A stretch of DNA of 64,000 nucleotides from Phoronis australis (lineage: Eukaryota > Animalia > Phoronida): assembly GCA_002633005.1 (NCBI GenBank), contig NMRA01000083.1:508896-572895 (forward strand). The letters run 5' to 3'. The notes below the pieces were generated by a model that had not been told where the DNA came from, did not search any database, and saw only the letters and a program-made list of their open reading frames with translations. Both the position numbers and the translations under genes were made by a program. Below are positions 26,410-40,000 of the stretch, in pieces (the first letter of the stretch is position 1; every line of letters begins with the position of its first letter).

Positions 26410-27310
26410 AAAAAGAGTGCAGGTGGTCTGATGTCATTTGCAGTGCACCAGACGTGCGGAGGCCTCATGGTTGGGCCCATCGCACAAAACACCAGAGCCA
26501 GTCATCGATGAACAAGTTCTTCTTGAAGGAAGTTTTCAAGTCTGCCTGTCTCTTTTAAGGAAACGGACAGAAGTTTTCATTTGTTGCCATGCGCTATATG
26601 TTGTAGGCATGTAACAGTGCCATCCAGTAGGTTGCTCCTTTACCTATGAAAAGCTGGGCAAGACTCTACCAGGTGTTTAGGGGTTTCAACGTCAGCACCA
26701 CACTTGGGACACATGGGGGTCCCCATATGGCCAGTGACGTTACACACCCGCGCTGTGGGACGAGTATCCAGATTTCACTGATTGACTAGTTTGAATACAG
26801 ATGTGTCGCTATGAGTTTGCCAGGGATAACAAGGATAGAAAGTTGGCAAACCAATGTTTATAGTCCAGCTCTCTCACTGTCTGCGTTCATATGATAAGCT
26901 CACGTAATCCAGCAATTACGTCATAAACAGCACGTCTGATTCAAACCAATACAACCATGAACAAATGTTGTGATCAAGACTTATTTTTTATGAAATACTA
27001 TCATCAAAAAACTTCAAACGGATAAAAACGGTCAACTTTCAGAGAAATCAGACTTAATTTTCACCTCCCGATTCCTTTGTGGGGCTGTAAACTGTGACTC
27101 TCTTACTACAAAAGCATTGTGACAGTGTACCAAGTTTAATCAAGCGAGATACTAAATTAGATGGTGATGTTGGAAACTTTTTGTTTTAACAGTAAAGGGG
27201 AATGGTATGTAAGGATGTGTCTGTGTTCGGCTAGGTAACTGTGGCCCGTCAAAATTTGAATGACATGTCTTATGCCCAATCTATCAAGACTCAGAAATTT
27301 GAACCTTTTG
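26410..27310 (-). mobile_element. Decayed 3' end of a non-LTR retrotransposon (LOA/I-group-like), interrupted
   Basis: Minus strand 27310-27200 reads FLSLDRLGIRHVIQILTGHSYLAEHRHIL. About 26725-26630 reads PMCPKCGADVETPKHLVESCPAFHR*, the C-terminal CCHC knuckle of LINE ORF2. A 3'UTR hairpin and T-run follow at 26410. Confidence 0.7.
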
Positions 27311-27596
27311 GTTTTTATTGATATTAGAGAAAATAACACTTATATTGAATGTAAAACCACTATTTCTGAACATCCATTTTTACGTTAAGACTAATGTATG
27401 ATAATGACATCACAGCTTTAAAATGGAGAATTTAAATTGATGAACATTCATTCTTACCTACCAATGAAAATGTACCACTTCAACGTGTAGGAACATTTGA
27501 ACATCACCAGAGATGACTCAACCAGTATATGAATTCTTGAAAGTCAAAACACCATAACAGCTAAGGTCTTTACATTTCTTTCTTGAAATATTGTTA

Positions 27597-30500
27597 TCAT
27601 AACTTCTTAGGCACGTTTGCAATTATAGGCTTTGGTCTTGTCTTGAAAATGAGTTTCCTTTTGATGAATGCCTTTACAACATAGTCACAGCTTTGTTTGC
27701 AACTCGAGTCCGTTTCCATGACAACGGAGTCCACTTGTTCACCCATGGATCTGACTTTTGAAATCACAGCAAAGGGTTTATCAAGTGGAGCGACTTTTCC
27801 ATATAAAATGTGGTGTCCAATGATAAACATAGGTGTTCCCTGCAATTAGACAGTATAAACTGACCTGATGAAACCGTCCAGCATTGTTTTCATCTGGCTG
27901 CAAATACAAGACTAAATGTAAAGGCCCTTGGGTACTACATGTGCTACACAAATAAAAATTAAAGTTGCTGTTTACAAGATTTCAAAATCATAGCAACCGT
28001 AGATATTTTCTGGGTCCTCTATTTATGTTGATTCAAAATGCTTCAAACATACATATTGTTCTCTGCTTGCCCTTCATGAATCACTGTTTTTCATTGGTCT
28101 TCAATTTTAGTGTGCAAATACAAAACAGTGATTTTCCATCAGAGTGACCCCTATTGATGATAATTGGATTAAACACCCAAGATACAGAGGCCAATGCAAA
28201 ATTCTAAAATTATCTCAAGGGGGCACAGTGGTAGTCAGATTTGTCCGAAAGTAGTAGTAATCCATTGTCAGCTCCATAGGAACATATCTGCCAACTTTCA
28301 TGATGATCCTCCAAGGGGTTTTGAAGATATAGCAGCCGACCTCAGTTGACAACGCACGGACTAAGATGGCAGAAATATGTAATGACCAGGGAATTGCCTT
28401 TCTTTTTTTCGTAGAATTATGCCGAAGCTGTTTTACAGATATAACTTGCTGCATATCATGTTTATTGGCCTAATGCCACGGTTGGGGTGAAAAATGAAAA
28501 AATGGGGAGGGCCAGGATTGACTGCAATGGTATTCAGTAGTTCTTTGGAATTTTTTGGGTAAACAAGCCCACCCATCTGGCTTCTGCTATATTTTGCCCA
28601 GATGTGGAAGTGTTGTTTAGGCATTTTTTTGCTACAAATACAGGTACCCTTCAGACAAAATGGAAATTGGAAAAAAATCTGTTCAGTAATGACATATTTT
28701 AACTTATACTTCCATAATCTAGAGGTTAAGAGTGAATGAAAACTTGTCTCCACTCTGGGACTGGTGTAGTCGTAACTTTGTGTGATTTTGGGGAGAATGT
28801 CAAATTCGCATTCTTTGGTTGTTTTTGCATCTGGGATTTTTTCTGGTGGTCATTGAATCTTCAAAATAAACAGCTGCTGCCTACTCAGTCAAGTTTATAT
28901 CAAAAGCATCTAACACAAGCAAGAAACGGAGTCAAAATAACATCTGCGACCTCCATTCCGAAAACAATGTAACCCCTTGGCCTATTTCACGACTCAGTTG
29001 TATGTGACAGTCGCAACATTAAATCAAAACAACCAAAACTCACCATTGAGTGAAACAGGATCTCCCATAGTAATAGACATTACCTAAACAGTGCTAAATA
29101 CACCTTTCAACAGAATTTTACGGAAATTTCATGATACAAGCAGTGTTCTGCCGAGAACCCATAATCAAAGAAAACAGCACATCTTCCGTTTCATGCCACT
29201 TTCGTTTTTCTCATAAAAAACATAAAAGTTATATTTTTCATAGCCACTCATGCAACAGTGGAGAGTTTTAAAAACAATTCCTTACGGTGTTTTTGGAGAA
29301 CAGCGCATAAACTATGGTGTATGAAAATTTTGTATGAAACTGAACAGACATTTCTGAGATACTGTATTATGATCTTCCAACGTTTGCCAAATTTGGACAT
29401 TTTCTGAGGGCCTTAAGCATAATCTTAATATATTCACAAAATTCTTTTAAAAATTTCAGAATCTTGTCAGCCATTTGTAATTGTTACATAGAGACATGGT
29501 ATATGTATACAGTAACAACCATTGACAGTCTGATATTAGGGCAAAAGTGAGGCCCATGGTTAGGATGACCCTTACGAAAAAGAAAGTGAGAATCTCACTG
29601 GATTCCAGTTAGATTCCAGTTAGATTAGTGAGAACCCAGTGGGAATTGAACAACAGGGGCAGTCAGTGAGAATGAGTGAGAAAATGTTATGTAACAGTGA
29701 GAATCCAGTGAGAATTTTGGTCTTAGAAAAATTCTGAGTGAGAATCAGTGAGAATTTCAGACTTAGAAAAAATCTGAGTGAGAATTGAGTGAGAATTTAG
29801 ACTTGCCAAAATTGGAGTGAGAATTCAGTGAGAATTTATGATAAACAAACACCCTGATTGGCTGTAACTGTGGAAAATTTCAGTTGAACCAGATTTCTGA
29901 GTTTCAAACTAAAATGGCGCCAGGAATGAGCAGTTGGAGAAATAGCTTGAAGATTGTTGATGTTTTTCACACAAATATTGTGAAATTACTGAACAGTTTG
30001 TCTGCAAGTCAACTAGAGGGGACCCTGGACTGATTTTATGTGTTAACATGCTTAAGGTTAGTACATTTCATACATCTAGTAGAGTGCATGAAGCACGAGT
30101 ATTAGACTGATGTCTTCATTCTGTGTTGACAGCTGAGTTTTCAATATTTTGCTGATTCACCAAAGGCATTATTGTTGTTAGTTTATGTCTTTTATGTTTC
30201 ACAATTTGCAATTAAATTGTATCCTTAGTCTAATTTCAATATAAACTGACAAAATAAGCAGTGTTTTGGTTACCAAAAAAGCTTTGATCTCTCATCTATT
30301 CAGTCAGTGTCTGTATAAAAGGCACACACAAAATTTTCTAAGTTCAAAATTCTCACCCAGTGAGATTTTCACTCAGTGAGAATTTCAATAACACAAATTC
30401 TCACTAATTTGCATAGCATTCCTACTGAGTGAGAATTTCAGTAAGACAAATTCTCACTGAGTGGGAATGCTATGCAAATTAGTTAGATTCTCACTGAATT

Positions 30501-31607
30501 CTAACTGGAATATCACTGTATTCTAACTGTATTCTAATTTAAATGGCATGTTAATTAGTTAGATTCTCACTGGAATCTAACTGAAATCCAGTGAGATTCT
30601 CACTGGCTTTGGGGATTAGAATTTCCTGAAGCTTTTTCATAAGGGGAACCTTTCCAAACTTACATTCAATGTGAAGTGCAAGTCCCCAATGAATTTCCCA
30701 TTGAGCGCAGTCTCGTGTCTAGTTTCAAGGTCACCCTGAAGCTCAACAATCGCCCACTCAGGACACAGGCCTGGTTCAAATACACTGTAAATTAGAAAAT
30801 ATGAACATTTATGACAAGACCAATCAGAATTACATATAAGATTGTAAGACAATTAGTGTTAAACCATTTTAAATCCATATTCTCATTGCTTTGTGACCAT
30901 TCGCATACCGTGTATCAAAATATCACACCATGGATTTACAAAAAATCAGATCTCATATAAAGAGGTCTGTGTACTTAGTAGGCACTTCATACGCTGGTTA
31001 AAAATCAAAGGCACATTGTTCTAAGTACCTTTCGCGCATAGGACATCTTCCAACTCAAACAAATAATCCCATTAACAAACTTTTTCTTCGAGCAGTCCCT
31101 CGTTCGATCAGTTCCCAAAATCAGAAACAGATCATTCTTAACACTTAGCGCGGTAGGTGGTATAGTGTCATATCTCCTGGCGTGCACTGAGTAAAAATGG
31201 CCAGTTTCCGATTTCGGGAAGTGAACGAATGAACTGCTTGAAGAAAAAGGTTGATAACGGAACTATTTGTTCAAGTTGGAAGGAATTAAAGACATCAAGG
31301 ACCTCCTAACGCGTCCTTCTATGCGCAAAAAGTACTTAACAACGCAACTTAAATGTTTTAATCAGCGTGAGGTATATTTCGCCAAAAAGCTTCCTGCGTA
31401 TGATGATGCTCCTATAGGAGCTTCACCGTCTCTACTGGCCAGTTAGAGACAGCTTTTCACCGTCTGTCCATGTGTACTTGGCTAGACCAGTAGAGTCTAC
31501 TGATAGAGAGAGTTTGCCTTATAAGAAAATACCGAACATATGAGATGTCTTTCCAATTTAAATATCATAAAGCAAAAAACGTACGCTTGAACAAATAACT
31601 GGACCAT
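27597..31607 (-). CDS. CHTF8: Chromosome transmission fidelity protein 8, 128 aa, 3 exons (31607-31585, 30784-30664, 27839-27597)
   Basis: Spliced [30 protein letters not shown]...[37 protein letters not shown]...[21 protein letters not shown]. Carries the Ctf8 hallmark motifs [13 protein letters not shown] and FKTRPKPI. Confidence 0.95.
29569..30645. mobile_element. EnSpm/CACTA-like non-autonomous element in CHTF8 intron 2
   Basis: Termini CCCTTACGAAAAAG / CTTTTTCATAAGGG with 2-bp TSD GA. Dense subterminal GTGAGAAT repeats are inverted at the two ends. Confidence 0.75.
31000..31500. mobile_element. Family B foldback element in CHTF8 intron 1
   Basis: The left arm AAGTACCT...CTTCCAACTCAAACAAATA...GAGCAGT pairs with the right arm ACTGCTT...TATTTGTTCAAGTTGGAAG...AAGTACTT around a centre at about 31165. 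Confidence 0.7.
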
Positions 31608-31862
31608 TTAGTAGAGTTTTGCTCCTAAAATGTGAGAGAAATGCAAAGAATGTCATCAAACAAATCTTTCACACAGCACTTGAACTCCCGCGGTTTCTTC
31701 CGTATCCTGTAACGGAAAACCCCGAAAATTAACGGTAATTTTATATAGGTCAACATGGCGCCTTTCTGTTGTAAAGGCATGTTTGTTTCTCTTTGATTAC
31801 TTTGCGTTGTTTTGTGTTCGAGTACAGTACTGGGAACTGTAGCCTGATTTATTGGTAAGACT
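31608..31862. promoter_or_regulatory. Putative bidirectional promoter of CHTF8 and UTP4
   Basis: Lies immediately upstream of the CHTF8 ATG, with local CpG enrichment and a YY1-like AACATGGCG at about 31753. A + strand donor TTG|GTAAGA at about 31855 could splice to the UTP4 acceptor TTTCAG at 34071. Confidence 0.5.
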
Positions 31863-31949
31863 AAGATACGGGGTAAATGAAAGAATCCAGGAATGTATTC
31901 AGCTTAAAAAATTATGGAAACGTGATAAACTAAAAAATCAAGAAAAGCA

Positions 31950-32839
31950 TAGCTAGGCAATGACCATCGTCTATGTTGGCCTGAACCATATAGGCGATGC
32001 AGCTCCTATAGGCGCTCTGTACGCCGGAAGCTTTTCGGCGAATTATGCCTCGCACCGACTAAACCATTAAAGTCACGTTGTTATAAATACCTTTGATGGT
32101 TTAGTCGGCCAATAGGTGACGCAATATTTCATGCTGCCGAAAGCCGTCGCTAAAGATCGCTCCACAACTTAAGCAGCAGAATAACAGTAGAACGCCATTT
32201 TTCCAACACCCTTAAATAATTTAGTTTACTCAAGGAAGACTGTAGTTTTTAATGACACTAATTTTGTGTCAGATTTTATCTTATCACTTGCTGTATATTT
32301 AGTGTACCAAGGCTACCAGATAGGTAGCCAGCCAGCTAGCTTTTAGTAGCTGTATGAAGACTATCGTCAAAATACAGCTAGATACCACTGTGTGTTTTTC
32401 TTCCATAGACACGCGCCATTTCCTAAATTTTTGTGACATCTCTCGGGAGATGATGATAGCTTGGCAGCAGCAAAATTTCTTCTGAAATTTGTTTTTTCGG
32501 TATTAAAATTCTAAAAACTTATAAGGAAGTGAAACCAGTTCCGATAATTTGTCGTGAAAGAACAACAGTTGATTGAAAAATCAGCGAAAAAAGAAACTGG
32601 CCTGTAGGTGACGCAATATTTCATGGCGCCGAAAGCTGACGCAGAAGATTGCTCCACATCTTTAGCAGCAGAATAACAGTAGAATGCCAATTTTTCCAAA
32701 ACCAGAAAATAATTTTATTTACTCAAATAAGTGTGTAGTTTTTAATGACACTAATTTTGTGTCATATTTTATCTGGTCATTTTTTTACCCACATCAGCGC
32801 AAAGCGGTATGTTTAGTATACAGCTTTGTACCAAGGCTA
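31950..32839. mobile_element. Composite repeat cluster: family B end plus two family A copies
   Basis: 31950-32105 is the reverse complement of about 4405-4545. 32105-32839 matches family A (2352-3070) in reverse. Confidence 0.75.
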
Positions 32840-34082
32840 CGAGGTCCAACTGTCTGATTTTAATAAGTTGAATTCTACTAAGAATAACTAGATGACATTG
32901 TAAACTATAAATTTTCTGAAAATAGTTTTGAAATTGAAAAAGTCCAATGCATTTAGTTTAAATCTGTAGTAACTCCTTCGCATAATTTTAAAGCTGCCTT
33001 AGTAATATTTTATCATTTCAAGGTTCTTAGGTGTGAGATACATTTCATCTTCTGAAAGTTTAGAAAATAAAAATATGACCTAAGGTTATTTTTATTGGCT
33101 GAAAAATTGTAATTTCATGGGTGTGACGGATGTATATGACGGACGTACAAATTTGCTGCATGTCTGTCACGCAATTTCTGACTTAACAAATAATTCCTGG
33201 GACCTAAAATTTTGGTCAATAGTATTGAGTAACAAGTTAAAAGAGAATCTGAAATAATTATAATTTTGATTGAAAACTTAACGCAGCAAAAGTTTTTAAC
33301 ACTTTTTTGTGACGGACGTACGGCACCATGATACCCAGGAGATGACCTTTGACCCCAAGAGGTGGATGGTGTGTCAGAGTTGAATGTTATATTTTATGGA
33401 GTTTGAGGTTAACTTTTTTATGACAATAATTAGCAACACATGAAAATACAGCAATTTTTTAGGATGAAGTGATTCCCAAAATGGGTCCATTTAGGCAAAA
33501 AAATTGAAAGTTATAGGACAATCGAATGTTGGTCCTGAAACTAGAGAGAATGGGCTTTCAGATGAGACCAGAAATGTTAGTGTAGCCACAGTGTTAATTT
33601 TTTGTCTCGAGGTTGACCTTTTCGTGGAATTGCCCCTATAAATCCGTAACAGCTTAATAAACCATTGACACGTTTGTTCAAGTAGTCAATGTATTTTTAA
33701 GGGTTTTACATCGAATTTTGAAAATTTATACGTGTAAAATGACAAATTCAAGCAATAAGCTGTCACAGCTGAATAGACTGTGTTTGAACCTGTGACGTCA
33801 TTGGTTAATTTCAACACCGCTGTCTGCCGTCAGATGTCAGGTAAAACGACTGAACTTGCTGTTATCGAGTGGAACTACTCGATCTAAATTGATACAAAAT
33901 AGGTTCTTTTTTGGTGGCATTCTCCTTTAACACAGTTGGGTCTTCGATGAAGCGTGTCTATGGGAATTGAAATGCTTCAAACACTTCATAAACAAGCTTT
34001 TCTGTAATTATTGCTTTATATTGTAGTTATGTCACTCTGAGACTACTAATAAAAATGTATTTTCTTTTCAGCAAAGAGCAAT

Positions 34083-37000
34083 ATGGCTAACTTCAAGGTG
34101 CACCATGTCCGTTTCTTTGATCACCTGCCTCTGCCCATTCACTGCTTGACCTATGATGAGACGTACCAGCGAGTCGCACTGTCCAGGTCAGATGGTTCAG
34201 TAGAGATCTGGAGCATAGCTGACAACTGGTATTGTGAAAAGGTACATACTGATTGTACCAATTGCCTTGGCTAGGTTGAGTAGAACTTCAAGAGTTATCC
34301 TGTAGCTACGATCATTACCCTGTGACTAACATTTTTAAAGTAAGTTGTGTAGTAGCGCGGTTTTGTTGTCATTTGAAAGTATGTTGCCTCATATTTTAAG
34401 TGATTATTTAAAGGAGCCTTAAGAATTCTCAACTTCAAACAAAGATTTTTGAATTATGTAAAATGCCGCCTGTAACCCCATTCTAGCCTAATGTTACAAT
34501 TACAGAAATCTAGAAACATTCTCTAGAACTTTTTTATATGTTCTACCGTATTCGCCCTAAAAAACGCCCATGCTCGTATAAGCGCCCCCCACGTGTTTTC
34601 AGACTTTGCTAAAATAAGCGCTCAGTCCATGAACACCGCCGTACATGTGAAAAACGCCTTACCTGCAGTTCTAAAATTCTACAGTAACGTCTTCAATTTT
34701 TAAATAAGGTCCGACAGTCCTGAAAAAATCATTGTGCGCGTAATTTGTAGACCACGAGCCTTGCCGCTGTGCTGGTATTTAGCCATGACTATACAAACTT
34801 TCGCCGTACTTCAAAAAGAACTGATCTTGCGAGGGACGTGTCCTATTATGGTCTGGCCTTTCAGAACAGATGCAGCGTACTTGACGACGGGATTGTATTG
34901 TTCCTTTTCCGTACAAATCTCTCTCAACAGGAATCTAAATTTCTTTGTAAACGTGAAAACCGCGAATCGAAGACTAATAAAAACTTGACTTGTGTTAAAA
35001 CCACATGGCTAAGAAGTGTGTGCCACATGCAAGTACCTGTCATCGAAGATTAGTCTTCGGGAACTATCTATTCATGAAACGGGAAGCATAGCATCGGCAA
35101 GAAATAAATACTGGCTTTCCTAAAGTTTCTAATACCGTAAAAAACGTGTGCATTGTTTATAGGGGGAATTAATAAATAAATCGTAATTGGTGTTTTGAAA
35201 GTCAAAATGACCCACTGATAGTGAACACTTCCGCACCATTACACCCCCGAATCTCCTGAAAAGTAACTGTTAGACTGTCACTCATCCAGTCACCAGGCAA
35301 CTCAATATCGGCCTTACTGAGACAATTCTCGAACAATTTTTAGCCGATCAAATCAACAAGTGCTAAATAAAAAAACACTTTTCTGCTTTACTGCTTGTGT
35401 TAATTTCTTTAGTTACAATGCACACCTAGATAGTTTCATCGCGTTTACTCCGGTAAATGAACTCTGATGACACGCAAGCCCTCGCTCACTCACATACGCA
35501 GACGAACGTCAACCAAACATCACGTGACAACAACGTGTGTTCGTCCAGAGATTTTTTTCGTTTTGCGGAGTATGATCTATCGTAGATTTGGACTAATAAA
35601 TATGCAGTTAGTCCCGACTCCACAGGAACTTGAAAATGTTAGGGACGCTATTTCGAAATTTAAGGAGGACTTCACGTAATTTGTTGAGTCGAAACTATAT
35701 TTTTACTCAAGAATTTAAGTTGACCTATCAGCGATCGCGAGGCAACGACGCGTCAGTTGGCGAGTTTGGGATTTTCCGAAAAATGCTCGTAATTTAACAA
35801 GGCAATGCACTGAAATTTTGTAGAAACTCTCATAGGTTTCAGATGCGTCATAGAGCCTAAATTTGGTGAATTCTAGTATACGATTTCACTTGTTTCGGAG
35901 ACCAGGTTTCAACCACTTTGGGCTATAATAAGCGCCCCCCTTCCTGAAGCGAATTTTTCTAAGCGCCCTGGGCGCTTATTAGGGCCAATACGGTAATAGC
36001 TGTGTTTTTCTGATTGTATATGCACGATTTTGAATTTTTCAAAACGTGTAATTGGCAACACAATGTGTTGTATCTAGGTCATGTAGAAATAGTTGCCTTG
36101 AGCGTCTTGTAATGAAACTGTATGTATTTCTGGGCTTGTTATGCGTCCACATATTTACATGTGGTCGCATAATGCCGTCATCTCTGTCTGGGCGTTCGGC
36201 GTCCGCAGCTGCATCTCCTAAACCCCTCACAGTATCTTGACGAGATTGGTAGATGTGTTCCTATGAAGCTGACGACAAACAACGACGAATTTCAGACCTC
36301 TCCGACTACCGGTGTGCCCCTTAGTGGCAATTTTAATTTTTTATGCTTACCTCGGTATCTTCGGATGTCGTTGACGGATTTTCATAAAATTTAACAGTTT
36401 GGCATCTATTAGTCAGATGATGCCATCCTCCCGTTTTCGGACGGATTCAAGGTACTTTGCGTCACCTAGTGGCCATTTTTACTGTTTTCGAGTCTGTTTT
36501 TTAGCGTCCGCCGATGATTTTCTGACGACTTCGAGAACTGTGGCGCCTCCTAGTGGCAGTTTTTTGTTTTTGCGCCCATGGCTGTATCTCCCAAATGCTC
36601 TACAGGATTGAATTTTGCTGTTGTATTTTTATGAAATTGACATCAGAGGATGATTGTCGGATGGATTGGGCTACCTGTGTGCTCTTTAGTGGGAATTTAG
36701 TTTTTACGTTTACATCTGTATCTTAAAGGGTTGTCAATGGATTTTCATAAAATTTGGCAGTTAGGCATCTGTTAGTGAGGTGACGCTAATATCCGGTTTT
36801 GGGTTAAATTTGAGGCATTTTGCGCCACCTAGTGGCCATTTATACTGTTTTCGAGTCTTGTTATTTGCGATCTGCCTTTCAGTTAACCAAACCACTCTAA
36901 GGATGGTTGTGGAAATAGGCATTTATGTTCCTAATGGGAAGAGGAAATCTGACGATGATTTTCCAACGACTTTATCTACTTTGGTGCCGCTTAGTGGCAA

Positions 37001-40000
37001 TTTCATTTTTTCATTTTCCTCTGTTTTCTCATGAGTTCCTAGACGGATTTTTATGAAATTTGTAAATAGCTTTGATGACACATACAAGTTCTCAGATGGA
37101 ATCGACATAGTTTGCACCATCTAGTTGAAATTTTTATGTTCCAAATAAACACCCCTAGAAGCACACAGTTAGCGGTGCATTCGTGGGCGCATTTCAACGT
37201 TCCGCGTTGCTCTTGTTTGAGTGTATAGAGTATTGGTTTCATTAACAAGGACTCCACTTGTTCAGATTATGTTAGCTGTCGCTTGAGTCATCATTGGACA
37301 GTTGAAGTCCCGTGCTGGTCTTTACATTTCTTTGTTATGTTAGCTGTACCTCGAGTCATCAATGACTAGTTGAGGTCCGGGTGCAGATCTATAAATTTTC
37401 TCTAGTGTGATTGGACAATTTATAATTTGCGTCATGTCTTTGACCACTTTTGGAGTTCATTTACTTGTAATTTTGTATTTGCATCTGAAGGCATGTTGTC
37501 TTATTACTGTTTTACTTGGCAACAAAATTCAGAATAAACATGGTAACGACTCTATGCAATTCGTACTGTGATTGCTGTCCTCTTCTGTCAACATCAGGTT
37601 ATTCCCGGTTTGGATGGTGTCTCTGTTGAAGCACTGCAGTGGTGTCATGGCCGACTGTTCTCAGCTGACTTGACTGGGGATGTATCAGAGTTGGACATTA
37701 ACACACTAAATGTCAAGGTTTGTCAGTCTATATAAGCTGTGTACTTATTGAAAAGCTAATACAATACATACCAAAAACAATCGGCCAAGGTGAACCGGAA
37801 AGCTGGATTTGGTCTGTTTATTTTTGAGTATTCTGTATCTTCAATGCTTCACTAAATGTGTGGTTTGGGAGCACATGTAAATGAGACTGAATATGGAAAT
37901 TCGCATAAAATATTGCATTTCTGAACGAGAATAATTTCCAAGTTGCAATGGGTCAATTTAGCTCGAATTCTAATAAAGCTTTGTAAGGCAACTCGGCTTA
38001 TATAATCCCAGTCGTTTACAATATCTCTTGTACATTTAATTCTCGTTGTAGACTTCGGCGCCATCTAATGGTGGAGCAGTATGGTGTCTCACTGCAAACA
38101 ATAATGGAACACAGTTAGCCGTGAGTTTTTCTCTACAGCCAGAAGTAGCTCTTGCTTGTGATTAGTTTGACGAGAGTTGAGGATTATCCTTTAAAGACTA
38201 CGTCTCCCTTTTTCTTTTCTTTATTAGAGCGTTGAAATTTCTCCACTGGTTGATGTTGGTTGATATCTATCTCTTAAATTTCAAGCACTAATCTGGATTT
38301 TGAAAAGTTTGGCCATGCGTGTGTTTTGTCCTGTCGGATGAAATTCTGATTCACTTTTAGCAATTCAAAGTTCTGTTTATTTTGAAAAGCCAATGTTAGA
38401 GGAGACAACATTGTTCGGAAAGATGTTTCGTAATTTGAGAAGACACTTTGGCAAATTTAGTTCAGGTTATTAGGTAATGCTGCAACAATCGTGCAACAAT
38501 CACGGTTGAGTTCCGCAGACGCAAGACACTTGCAAGGTACTTGCGGTGAGAAATCAGCTTATGATATGAATGAAAACAGTGAACTCTGTCCTGTGATTCA
38601 ACATTCTAACTTCACTACCCATCATTCCAAGCTCAAGTACCCATCATTCCAGTGTGCACCATTTTGCTATGCTGAGCTCATAAAATTGTAGCATACTTGT
38701 AAAACTCCTTTCACTCGTGTAATTTCGCATCATCTAGCGTGTTCTTTCTCTTTCGTGAGTTTCTTGCATCTACAATACGCACCCCTAGTTGTGGTAATAG
38801 TGAGACAGGTTCATAGTAACGGACCAAATTTTCTGTATTATAGGCAGGTACAGAGGACGGCTGTGTCGTCCTGTTTGACATCACAGACGAGGGAGTCCAG
38901 TACAAACAGGCTCTAGATAGACAGGAAGGTGAGGACTCATCTGACACCCTTGCCGAAATTGATTGATTGATTATTACTACCCTGTGGATTGGCAAATGCT
39001 CCAGGCAATGCCTACTTGATGCAGTTTCTATATTGTCAAATTCAAATATTTCATGCGAATGTTCAGACCCCTACTGTTCTCTAAAGACACAGGAAGTTGA
39101 AATGACGTTCATGATGCCCTTTGGCGTTGTTTTAGTTTTCAACTTCCTCCTTCTAATTTGGTCAAAAACTAATTCTTTTACAACTGGGTGTCAGCTTTTA
39201 TGTGTTAATTGAGGGTATTCATTATTTTTGGTCAGGAGGGTCACTTCAATGCTTTTCGTTTTGTTTGTTGTTGTTGTTGTTGTTTTTTGTGAACAAATAC
39301 ATAAGTGTATGCATAGAATTTGATTTGCTTTAGGTAATTGGCCCCTGACAACGGTTTAAAATTTTAGACATTTAAAAAATACTTTGCCTTATAAAATTTA
39401 GGATCTGTGGCTATGAAACCAATGAGAATATTTTGGCCAGAAGAAATGTTAATTTCTGTTGTTTGGAATTAAGAAGTCTTCTTTTCAATTCCATATTGTG
39501 AAAGTGTTATCTTTCGTCACCTTTCTCCGACAAGTTAGAGTGTTCCAGATTTTGGTGTTTAAATATCACGCTTGTAATGGGTTATGGTGAAAGAGCCTTG
39601 ATATCCAAACTTTCTACGATTTCAGGTCGAATATTGTCAATAGCTTGGCATGAGACTGATGAAGTGATAGTAACTGGCGGTATTGACAACATTCGTCTAT
39701 GGAACACTGCATCAGGACACGCAGTTCAGAGGATAACTCTGGGCAGACAGGAAAAGAACAAGGAGACCATTGTTTGGTGTTTAGCTGTTACTAGGTGAGT
39801 GTCTGGCTGTTACTTGATGAGTGTCTAGCTGTTACTAGGTGAGTGTCTGGCTGTTAGTAGGTGAGTGGTTGGAAGGAACACAGCATCACCTCCTATCACA
39901 TGTTTTTTTAAAGTGTGTGCACTTGTCAGTTTTGTCTTGCAATGAATTCCGGACATCAGTTGTTGTCATTTATACGACTCTCAAATTGACTTGTAGCAGT

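Noticed and set aside
26100-27596. DERPC-like second ORF downstream of CHTF8, as in vertebrates
   Set aside because: No long Pro/Gly-rich ORF. The region holds LINE remnants instead.
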